A stretch of DNA of 63,419 bases, filler included, from Octopus bimaculoides (taxonomy: Eukaryota), in assembly GCF_001194135.2 (NCBI RefSeq). It is 4 parts of 3 records of this genome, joined end to end, with 100 filler letters (N's around TTAATTAATTAA, not from the genome) between each part and the next. Parts side by side here need not be neighbours in the genome. Positions count along the whole stretch, not along the records: positions 39,270 to 58,431 come from NC_068982.1; positions 58,532 to 63,419 come from NC_068994.1; 2 more parts are not named here. One strand, given 5' to 3'. The notes beneath the pieces are model-generated. The model ran no database searches and was not told the DNA's origin. It saw only the letters and a program-made list of their open reading frames with translations. A program made the position numbers and the translations under genes. This document shows positions 49,874-60,780 of this stretch, piece by piece. How positions within the stretch are numbered: the stretch's first letter is position 1; every line of letters starts with the position of its first letter.

Positions 49874-49907
49874 CAGTAGAGGAGCGTATGCTCGAAACAC
49901 AAAAGTC
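49874..49907 (+). ncRNA. Decayed hammerhead-like motif
   Basis: CAGTAGA-G-GAGC(GTAT)GCTC-GAAAC-ACAAAA-GTC. Stem II is a perfect 4 bp with GAAAC..GTC following, but the first box differs from CTGAAGA at two positions. Confidence 0.35.
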
Positions 49908-50250
49908 TTACTTTCTATTTTTACCTAAGGGTAAACTTAGTACAATTTTTTTCTTTTATACTTTGTCTTTGTGCTATTTGTAATATTTGCACTATACACA
50001 CATAGATACATGCATACATACAAATATATATANNNNNNNNNNNNNNNNNNNNNNNNNNNNNNNNNNNNNNNNNNNNNNNNNNNNNNNNNNNNNNNNNNNN
50101 NNNNNNNNNNNNNNNNNNNNNNNNNNNNNNNNNNNNNNNNNNNNNNNNNNNNNNNNNNNNNNNNNNNNNNNNNNNNNGTATGTATGTATCTGTGTGTGTG
50201 TGTGTGTGCCATTCAAGACTCTTAATATTTTCATATATATATATATATAT

Positions 50251-51926
50251 ACTACCAGAGATACCCGGCGTTGCCCGTGTTACATGCTATTGAAGAATTA
50301 GACTTTTCTGTTATATTTTCTCTAATGAACTGGAATACCTATGATTCGAATTTCATCAAAATAGCAGATGAGGGTTCTTTCTCTCTTTACACACTCTAAA
50401 AAATTCTAATCATGACATGTATCCCATACTACTGATCTTTATGCGCAGATTCCAAAATTCCAGTCTTATGGAACCTGTTAAAATGATTTTGCTCCTGAAA
50501 AATGGAGGTCATGGAGCTCTAAAGTGTGGATGTTAAGGCCCCTGTTAGGAGTGGGTGTCTTAATGTCAACCAGAGAAGTTGAATTGTTGAGAATCTTTTT
50601 AACTTGGGTCTTAAATCTATTGTTTGAATTTCTTTGAAATAGGAAATATGTGTATGTTCACTGGGTTTGTAAAAGAGAGCAAAGCTACAGGAAAGCAAAA
50701 GACGAATGATCACGATAATCAGTCAGTTACCCTACTCTAGTTGTTACCACTACCCAATGTAAGATTCCTCACCATACAGGTGACAGGCACAGCCGTAAGA
50801 TGCATTACGGATCTATAGCAATTGGAAGGGCGTGACCCAACTCAACATTAACAACTGTGTGAGGTGAGGGCAAAGGGGATATGAAAGTGTCACCTCTGGA
50901 GTTCGCAAATGACCACTACACCGATAGGTAACTGGACAGAATAAATTTGCAATCTATAAATGTCTTTGAATAACCAGTCACTCATCTGGGAAGACCTTGA
51001 AATCAATGTTACGATCTGAGGACTATGTGTGACCCAGTGATAATTAAAAGACTCAAAGGAGGTCTGCAACCAAATAACATTACTCAACACTTTGCAACTG
51101 AATCAGTGGAGGCCTCTCATTTACTTGACAATTTATGCCCCACATTGCAGAAATCACAATCTAAGTATAACCAAAGCAAATTCTTACACTTTTCTACCAT
51201 TGAATTACAAATAATGCTCATCTTTTATGCTCGGGTGACCCTACAGCTTCCAAGAATACAATTGTTTTCGTCTTTGCTTAGATAAAATGACTAAATTGTG
51301 GGTGTTAAGTCCTCATGAAGGAGTATTTGTAACTTCTAAGAAGATGAAATCTTAGAAATATTACTTCATTTGTGTCTAATATCTATGGTTAAAATTTCAT
51401 CAACAGCAAACATGTATGAATTTTCATGGGGGTTATGGCCCTTATGCATAGAATATAATTTCTAAATTTCATAAAGATCCATTCAGTACTTTTGACGTAG
51501 TTTTGGATCCTAAAAAATGACTAAAAGTTGGGAGTAAAGGCAACCCCGTTAGGGAGTCTTAGAATCCTCATGAGAAGCAGAAACTTTGATAATACTTCTT
51601 GGAGATTGTCAATTACTCATGGTTGAAATTTCATCAATATTGAAAATTTATAAATGTTCATGGGGTTCTGCCCCCTTTAAGCCATCTCAAATTCAAACCA
51701 AACATACTGCATTGTACCCACCCTTATGCATTTAATGTAAGTTCCAAATATCATAAGGATCCATTCAGTAATTTTCGTTCAGGAAATTGTATGAAACACA
51801 CAACATTACCCTTCTCCCTAGGCTTGGATTTTTTGTTCCAAATTTCATTATGATCGGTGGAGTAGTTTTCGAATGTATAAGTAACATACGAACACACAGA
51901 AAGACATTGATTTCATATAATAGATT
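50251..51926 (+). mobile_element. Probable non-autonomous Helentron/DINE-1-like (HINE) rolling-circle element
   Basis: 5' end ACTACCAGAGATACCCGGCGTTGCCCG, inserted in a (TA)n tract. 3' end CCAAATTTCATTATGATCGGTGGAGTAGTTTTCGAATG...ACACACAGAAAGACATTGATTTCATATAATAGATT. Both match the terminal style known for invertebrate DINE/HINE elements. Confidence 0.65.
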
Positions 51927-51971
51927 TGAATATGCACATATACATACATGTATATGAGTGTGTGTGTATTT

Positions 51972-52008
<37 letters not shown>

Positions 52009-52033
52009 ATATATATGAATATANNNNNNNNNN

Positions 52034-52076
<43 letters not shown>

Positions 52077-52169
52077 CACACACACAAAGATAGATTGATA
52101 GATACAACTGAGTGGGCAAACAAAATTATGAGACACTGCCTATTGCTTTTTTTTTTTTATTTTGATAAG

Positions 52170-52470
52170 TTTGGTACTTATTCTATCATTTTCTTTTGTC
52201 AAACCAGTAAGTTATGGGGATTTAAATAAACGAACAGCAGTTGTGAAGCAGCAATGAGAGAGAAACACACAGAAAAAGGCACACATACATTTACATATAT
52301 ACATACATATATATGATTGACTTCTTTCAGTTCTTGTCTACGAAATCCACTCACAAGGCTTTGGTTGGTCTGAGGCTATAGCAGAAGACACATGCGACGT
52401 CACCACACAGTGGGATTGAACCCAGGACCATGTGTTTTGGAACCAAGTTTCTTACCACACTGCCATACCT
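52170..52470 (-). mobile_element. Degenerate composite SINE (family B/C)
   Basis: GGTACTTATTCTATC...AGTAAGTTATGGGG, then CTTCTTTCAGTT...AATCCACTCACAAGGCTTTGGTTGGTCTGAGGCTATAGCAGAAGACAC...CAGTGGGATTGAACCCAGGACCATGTG. Confidence 0.82.
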
Positions 52471-52553
52471 ACACCTATGTATATATATATGTGTGTGTGT
52501 GTGTGCGTGTGTGCGCGCGTGCTTGTGCGTATATGTGTGTATGGGTGTATATA

Positions 52554-52591
<38 letters not shown>

Positions 52592-52604
52592 CCTGTATAT
52601 ATGT

Positions 52605-52668
52605 GAGATAATAGTTTCACTTTAATAGTTTCGTTATTAAAGTGAAACTATTAAAGTGAAAATATCTC
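52605..52668. repeat. Hairpin with perfect 18-bp arms (52615-52632 / 52644-52661) and an outer GAGATA/TATCTC pair
   Basis: TTTCACTTTAATAGTTTC-GTTATTAAAGT-GAAACTATTAAAGTGAAA. Confidence 0.9.
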
Positions 52669-52844
52669 ATTACAATAGAGAGATGTTATAGTTTCACTTT
52701 TGTCACGTAATACTGAAATAGTGGAGGAGATGTGATATTGCTCTGGGCTCGCATTATATGTATATGTATACATACAAATATATATGTGTATATATATGTA
52801 TATAAATACATAGATATATGTTAGTATCTATGTATATTTATGTA

Positions 52845-53059
52845 TACTCTTTTACTCTTTGACTTGTTTCAGTCATCTGACTGCGGCCATGCTGGAGCAC
52901 CGCCTTTAGTCGAGCAAATCGACCCCAGGACTTATTCTTTGTAAGCCTGGTACTTATTATATCGGTTCTTTTGCCGAACCGCTAAGTTACGGAGACATAA
53001 ACACACCGCCATCGGTTGTCAAGCGATCTTGGGGGGGTCGAACACAGACACACAAACAT

Positions 53060-53100
<41 letters not shown>

Positions 53101-53200
53101 CATATGCGACGGGCTTCTTTCAGTTCCCGTCTACCAAATTCACTCACAAGGCTTTGGTCGGCCCGATGCTATAGTAGAAGACGCTTTCCCAAGGTGCCAC
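52845..53200 (-). mobile_element. Young-looking composite SINE (family B/C), head cut off by a gap
   Basis: TACTCTTTTACTCTTTGACTTGTTTCAGTCATCTGACTGCGGCCATGCTGGAGCACCGCC...GAACCGCTAAGTTACGGAGAC...(CA)(TA)...GACGGGCTTCTTTCAGTT...CAAGGTGCCAC|N. Confidence 0.9.
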
Positions 53201-53778
53201 NNNNNNNNNNNNNNNNNNNNNNNNNNNNNNNNNNNNNNNNNNNNNNNNNNNNNNNNNNNNNNNNNNNNNNNNNNNNNNNNNNNNNNNNNNNNNNNNNNNN
53301 NNNNNNNNNNNNNNNNNNNNNNNNNNNNNNNNNNNNNNNNNNNNNNNNNNNNNNNNNNNNNNNNNNNNNNNNNNNNNNNNNNNNNNNNNNNNNNNNNNNN
53401 NNNNNNNNNNNNNNNNNNNNNNNNNNNNNNNNNNNNNNNNNNNNNNNNNNNNNNNNNNNNNNNNNNNNNNNNNNNNNNNNNNNNNNNNNNNNNNNNNNNN
53501 NNNNNNNNNNNNNNNNNNNNNNNNNNNNNNNNNNNNNNNNNNNNNNNNNNNNNNNNNNNNNNNNNNNNNNNNNNNNNNNNNNNNNNNNNNNNNNNNNNNN
53601 NNNNNNNNNNNNNNNNNNNNNNNNNNNNNNNNNNNNNNNNNNNNNNNNNNNNNNNNNNNNNNNNNNNNNNNNNNNNNNNNNNNNNNNNNNNNNNNATATA
53701 TATACGTATATATACTTGTACACTTAAGGAGGAAATTTCATGTGTATGAATGTATATGTACGTATATATGTATATCTA

Positions 53779-53826
<48 letters not shown>

Positions 53827-54679
53827 TGTGTGTGTCTGAGTGTGTGTGCATGTTTGTGTAAGTGTGTATGTATTCCTGCAAACATTGACGGTATATGTGC
53901 ATGCGTGATTTACTCTGTGTGCGTGAAATTATGTGATATCTACTCAATACGCAGTCTATCGGCTATGTACAAGCATGTGTTATAGGTAAATGTCTTTTTA
54001 AAAAGTAGTTACTTCTTTAATTGTTCAAATGTTAAAGGTAGACCATGATCTCCCTGGAGAAAAAGATCGTATAATTATAGGCGAAAATATTTCAGATAGC
54101 TGTAGGTATTTCATGATTAGTTACTGGCAGCATATCCCCATATATACATTCACACACACACTTGCACACAGACACACACACACACACACACGCACACACA
54201 CACACACATACACATATACGGACATTGATATGTATATATGCATTTCTATAAAACGTGTGTGTACATATATATATATATATATATATGCAAACACATTTGT
54301 TTATGTGTCTGAGAAGTGGCATTTTTTTCAAGTGAAATTTAGCGTGCAATGAGAAAGATTTCAATATATTTCTGGAGTAAAATGAATAAGTAAATAAATA
54401 ATTTAACAGAAATGAAATGTCATAAACGAAGTATTTCAAGCTCCAATACATTTGGCGCATTGGCGTTAAATGTATAAATACTAATTGTTGGCAATCTGTG
54501 AAATACATCGAACGAAATAATATACTATCGTTTGACATCATCATTATAATATAAGTGGTGTCTTCTTTTCTTTTTATGTCTGTAAAAAGCAGATGAATTC
54601 CATATGAAAGAAATGGATTGTTGAGAATATAGTCTAAATTTTATGTTTTATAAGTCTTCTTTTTTGGTAATAACTTGAT

Positions 54680-55235
54680 GCATGACCATTAACGTTATAG
54701 TTGCTAAAAAGTTTACTCGCATGGAGCACTTGAATCAGCCTGAATATTGGAAAAGATTTACCTCCTTCATGATGATTCGCGCCTCTCAATGGGCTGTGAA
54801 AACTATAAAGGTGCTAAAACTTGACATGGACCTCATGAAAACCAAGTTCTTCCAATCTGCGATCTGCGATGGTCTGTGTGTGCCGTCACGCATCTCTACA
54901 GCTTTGAACATGGCCTTAGGTTCAATTCAGACAGCTATGTGAAGTTGTTGGAGAGTGTGGTCAATCTCTGACTATAGTGGGCTCCTGCTGTAACATCATA
55001 TGTGTAACAACAGGATTCGGCTCCTTGCCATAGCAACGGATAGAGTGGGAAGTGCGTTTGAGGAAGGGACCAACCGCTCTGCCTGCTTCATCAAGGCCCA
55101 GCTTGTGGCCAAGATGTAGGTAGTGTTTGAACATCTTTTCTGGGACACAGCGAGGAGGAATGTATGCGCCAGGTTCCGGTGACGTCTTGAGACCATACGA
55201 ACACAGGAGAGCGGCAATTTTCATGCCAGCTGTCA
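54680..55235 (+). mobile_element. Decayed Tc1/maT(DD37D)-like transposase
   Basis: FEHGLRFNSDSYVKLLESVV...YV*QQDSAPCH...TNRSACFIKAQLVAKM*VVFEHL...NVCARFR*RLETI. Includes the QQDSAPCH second-aspartate motif and the C..FR.RLE C-terminus. Subfamily assignment is tentative. Confidence 0.82.
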
Positions 55236-55599
55236 AATTAGCCCGTACTTCCTGTGTATATATTCATATGCATGTACATTTATGCACACAAAAGCAGAAA
55301 CGCGGGCATTCATGCACTCGGCTCACCACACTTATACGTACATGAATACATAGAGATGCAGAGGACACGGATACAGATACGCACGCACATACATATAGAT
55401 GCATATACACACATACATACATGAATACGCATATAGAAATACATGTGTGTTTATGTGTTTGAATGTCTGTTTTAATGTCAAATTATATATATAAAAAATT
55501 ATTTATCATTAATCTGAAAGGGCATTCGATACTTTTAAGTGAAATAATATTTATTTTAGTAGGAAACAGTTGATTACGACTTCGAAATACCTGTGTACC

Positions 55600-56600
55600 A
55601 GCTTTGTAACTGTGGCTGTCAGTTTGAAAAACAGAATGCTGGAAGTTTTCAGAGAATAGGATTGGGTTTTCATACAGTAAGAAAACTTGAAATGTTAACT
55701 GCGTAGTGTACTGTTGTGATGTTTGATATTATTAGAAGAGAAGTTGCTAGAGTCAGTCATCATGTAGAAATGAGTAATGTTTGTCTTTTATAGGCAACAC
55801 TTATCACTTATATAGCCATTGAGCAGCTCTTTGTGAACCACTTGAAACTATAGGCTTTGGTTGTGTTAAGTATGTAAATGCTTATACTTAGCTGGAATGT
55901 TAGCCTCGCTTATTTAACTAAACGATATGGTTATTTCGTAAGGTATACTCGTTGGTAGGTCTAATCAGAATAAGACTGGCAGAAATCGGGCTTTCCTGTA
56001 ATGTTAAGTACAAGAGGATTTGCAGAGTGGAATTGCTGTATGGTATGTTTTAACGATTAAGCAGAAGGCATTCTAGCCGGTGGAGAGACGGTGATTAATG
56101 AATAACTACGTATGCAATGTTTGCTTAGATTGTTTGGAGTAAAACCCAGCCAAGAGATTATAATAACTAGCGTACATAGTAGACATGCGATTCGATTATA
56201 CCTTTGGATCCCTAGTGTATGTGTTATATTTGTTGACAACGTGCAAAACCAAACTTAATGGAATCTGGAAGTGAGACGCGGAGTAACTGAAATACTTCGA
56301 TGTAGTGAGAGATGCTGCACGATTTTTATAAAGGCGAGAACGCTATGTCTCATAATACAGTTGGAACATTGATTGTTGCTTGGACAGTAGCGATAACTTA
56401 GATATAGAAGATGAAAGAATACTATTCAAGAGAATAACGTGATGTGTGGTTGGTATGTTAGTAGATTGAGGTGGACCGATATTATTGATGTTTCTTTAGA
56501 GAAGGCAAAATTGTTGTAGATTGATCATCGGTCTTCTTTGGTTTTGGTATTCATACTGAAACTAATTTCGGTAGAAGGAAGCAAATAAATTATGACATAT
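55600..56600 (-). mobile_element. Very decayed LINE RT (thumb region)
   Basis: The minus strand is strongly A/C-rich, and ITHTLGIQRYNR resembles KYLGI.LD.RL. Many stops. Confidence 0.4.
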
Positions 56601-56865
56601 AATTTGGCATTAACAACCTGTTCGATACCTACCAACCACACGACTAGATGTTATTTCCCATATAAGCACCTTCAAAATCCCATGCTTACTGGAGTAATAG
56701 AAGACAGTGGATAAAAAAAATGGGGTATTTAATTATGCTGTTAATGCTGCTTGTTGGGGCATTTCCTACTGTTTTCGGGTATCCGATGTAAAAAAGGTGG
56801 ACACGCATATACATGCAACAGAGAAAGAAAGAATAAAGGTTAAAGAGAAAGCATAAATGCAATAA

Positions 56866-56899
<34 letters not shown>

Positions 56900-57469
56900 T
56901 GTAGAGTAAATAAAACAAAGCGGTATTTACTGGGTGAATTAATAGTTGTAGGAGAGAAAACTGAATTTGCGACTAATACTTTTACTATTTATTTTAAGAG
57001 AAAATAAATATTAATTAAAATAACATTATACTTTAAAATCGAAATTTTCAAATTAAAAGTTTAAATACAATTCTTCAAATATATTCGTATGGTGATCACT
57101 ATTGATGAAACAGTTTCTAAATTTAATTTTTACGCTCATTGATGCAAATTCACGTCATCCAAAAATACGTTGTGAAACGCAAAACACAAAACACAGTAAA
57201 TAAATTTTAAGATTTTCTATCGCAACTAATCCAGTATACTTTTGGGCTGTTTAAGTGATCATCATGCCTGTTCTTGTAAAAATATATCATTATATGATGA
57301 CAAATCTTAGGTGTTTAATGGAATTCTGTCTCCTTCGAATTAAAAAAATAAATATCATTTTTAGTTAAAACTCTCAAATATTACTTAAAATTATGGAAGC
57401 ATCAAAGAAAATACTTTAAACAAAATAAATAACGACAGCAGCAATAATAACATCAACAACAATAATGCT

Positions 57470-58160
57470 TTAAATTTTGGGACAAAGCTAGCAGTTCTGA
57501 GAAATCGGTTAAGTCGATTAAGTTGGCCCAAGTGCCACAATGTTATGAATTTTATCGACCTCAAAAGGATAGAAGGTAAAGTCGGAATTTGAACTTAGAG
57601 AACATAATGACGTATGCTCTGTTAAGTATTTTGCCCGGCGGTGTAACGACCTTGCCAGCTCGCTGCCTTATTAAGGATAATAATTATTATTTCTACTCTA
57701 GGCACAAGGTCATGAAAATTTTGGGGGAAGAGGACCAGTCGATTAAATCGACTCGAAAGGATAGAAGGCAAAGTCGACCTCGGCGGAATTTGAACTCAGA
57801 ACATAGCGGCAGACGAAATAACGCTAAGCATTTTGCGCGGCGTGCTAACGATTCTGCCAGCTCGGCGCCTTAATAATGATCCTTTCTACTACAGGCATAA
57901 GGTATACTCGTTGATAGGTCTAATCAGGCATAAGGTATACTCGTTGATAGGTCTAATCAGGCATAAGGCCTGGAATTTGGGGTAAGAGATTAAGTTGATA
58001 ACATCGACCCCAGGGCGTAACTTGTACGTATTTAATCGCTCGCGAAAGGATGAAAGGCAAAGTCGACCTCGGCGGAATTTTAATTCAGAACGTACCGATA
58101 GACGAAAAAAATGCTAAGCATTTCGTTCGGCGTGCTAGCGATTTTGCCAGCTCGCCGCCT
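57470..58160 (-). mobile_element. Three head-to-tail family A SINEs
   Basis: Three successive AAAGGAT(A/G)GAAGG.AAAGTCG...GGAATTT.AA.T.AGA...CTAAG.ATTT.G...GGCGTG.TA.CGA..TTGCCAGCTCG..GCC blocks separated by AAT tails. Confidence 0.9.
57892..57968 (+). repeat. 33-bp unit CAGGCATAAGGTATACTCGTTGATAGGTCTAAT x2.3 inside a SINE, matching 55939-55974
   Basis: Two identical units plus an 11-nt partial unit. The near-identical TAAGGTATACTCGTTGGTAGGTCTAATCAGAATAAG occurs about 2 kb upstream. Confidence 0.92.
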
Positions 58161-58555
58161 CGATAATAATAATAATAATACCATGGGTTGGGAATCACTG
58201 TTCTACTCAGTACCTCGTCCTTGTAGAAACAGCAAAACAGAGGAAAAGGACACAGTGATGAAGGGTGAGGCATATTGGTAATGATACTGACCCCTTGGAT
58301 GTGCTACACCGGGCTCCCTATACAAAAACATATCTAATCCAATAACATCGATGGAATTAGCCAAAAGAACCGGTGGAAGATTTGAAGGAAGCGGTCTTTT
58401 AACGAAGATAATTTTTTTAAGAATATTTTTTNNNNNNNNNNNNNNNNNNNNNNNNNNNNNNNNNNNNNNNNNNNNTTAATTAATTAANNNNNNNNNNNNN
58501 NNNNNNNNNNNNNNNNNNNNNNNNNNNNNNNACATACATACATACATACATATAA

Positions 58556-58587
<32 letters not shown>

Positions 58588-58959
58588 CCTTCATTACCTG
58601 AGATTATTCCGAGAGTTACTGACAAGGTTTAGATTAATCTGAGGTTATTGTAAGACATTTGCTCAAGATACCCTAGTATGGGACAAAACCTGGGAATTCG
58701 AGATTACGAAACGAAACTCTTCACTATTCGACCAAGCTTCGTCTCCACTATGCGACACTGCACCCAACTCAGGGCCGTTCTTACGTTCTTGATGCATATG
58801 CACAGTAAGGAGTTGCCTGGGTGTTCCAGGGGTCTAGAGGCTCCATGCTAACCTATTTATATTGTTGTTATACTTGTAAGGGATCTCTGTGCATTGTTTT
58901 GCCCGGGAAGTTCCTATAATTCTGTTAAAACGGCCCTGACTATATTAGTTTACATTACA

Positions 58960-60780
58960 AACTACCTTATGAAGCCAAACTTCAATAGCTCACTATACTA
59001 AATTGCATAGCAAAATACTCTACTGTGCCATACAACTATGTTACAATATGTAACAAATGCCAACAGAGGAACTTCAGATATTAACTAATCGTCTGAAAAA
59101 TAATTAATATGGTGGCACAAGAAATCCTAAATTTACAATAAAAAGAAACAACAAAATATAAACCAAAGAAAAACAGAAGGCTGGCAGACATTAGTACAGA
59201 ACATAAACCACAAAACAAACAGTAAAATACTAAATAACGTAATTAAAGTATTAACAACAAGAACAACCACAACAATGACGAGACCACACCCTATGTTATT
59301 GCAATAATTCAAGCAACATACCTAAAATTCCAACACTAACTAAACCACACCTCATCAGACATTTCTCGAAAATCAGCCACAAAAATACACATGCACACAC
59401 ACAGATGACAAGAACTCAAAAAGTAAAATGCGCACTTTCCATCAGGACCACAATTTTGAGCCTGTCTTTCAATCGAACACCCAGAAAAAAACCGCGGGCT
59501 TTAAAACCTAAATAGCCTCAAAGTCTGACAAAATCATTAGCATACACCAAAAATTTCTAGGATATTAAAGAATCGCTGAAGTTGCTAACGTCTACAATTA
59601 TTCTTAACAACACTGTCAAAATCATGGCATACTAAAGCCAAACACAACACGAGTGAAATAGCATGATATGTACCACATCTATACTCTCAGTATTTTTAGA
59701 TAAACTAATCCTCGTCATCACTAATCCAAACGTCTCCCTCTTCAAATCACAGTCCATATTCGGACACCTACCTTCAACCCACACTGCTCACGAACTTAAC
59801 TCAAACGATACGGAATGGTTTGAACAGTAAATATTGACTCTACCGCACACGCCATCCTAACAGCTGTTAACATCAGCAACGTTGAAGACATTATTTTCTG
59901 CTATCCACTTCTAAACAAAATACTTAGCACTTCCTTACGAAATAACGCAAAACACTGGCTATGGAACCATTGCTCATATCACCATGCCTATGTAATGTAA
60001 TGAAAGTAACGTTCCAAACTCCTGAATGGAATACCCCAGGAACTCGTCCTCTCAATCACTCAACCTACACAAACACGATCTCCGTGTACCTTTCCAAAAC
60101 GTTCACGCAACCTCATTAAATAGATGAAATTACACTCACATCCTCTCGTCATTCTCTAGCAACAAATACACTGCAACAAATACACCGAATCCACTGTCTT
60201 TTTTCTTACCAATAACACCAGACAGCATCAACTACAACCAACACACAACGACATAAAACATACCACTCACACAGAAGGCAAAATTATCAGGAGTTATATG
60301 TATAACTCTTCTACATTCACAATGCACGCAGCGCATAAACACACTTACAGCAATCGCAGCTCCAACACTTGGCCAACAGAAAGAAACAAAAATAGTGCAA
60401 CTTGTGTCAGAGCGTGATGTATCTTTTCTGCAAAGTATAAGATTTCTGTTGATTTCTATAAAGTAATAAATTCACAGCCCAGATCTCTCCACAACAAACC
60501 ACAGTAAACAAATAATTTAAAGAAAAAATTACACAGAACATATTTATAGAATAATTACACAACGAAGCAAACATACATTTGAGAGGCATAGTTTGGTAAT
60601 GTTGCAAACTTCAACATTCAAAGATCTTCTCAATATATGAATAACCACTTTCAAATACCCAGGTACATATGCAACACTTAGAACAGCTAACAGAAACTAT
60701 TGCATAACAGGAAAATCGGACCACTGTGACCAGTTGTTCGACTTGTGCGTCATAAAAAATTGCTTTATCAGTGAGACCAA
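58960..60780 (+). mobile_element. Very decayed LINE ORF2 remnants (possibly more than one element)
   Basis: The plus strand is A/C-rich. Broken frames give LPYEAKLQ*L (CR1-like C-terminus), IAEVANVYN and a GDFN-like region (APE), and TFKYPGT (FKYLG-like) near 60650. Confidence 0.4.

Noticed and set aside
57892-57968. 33-bp repeats, and the 16-bp repeats at 2716, as CRISPR arrays
   Set aside because: They are head-to-tail with no spacers, in eukaryotic context, with no cas genes.
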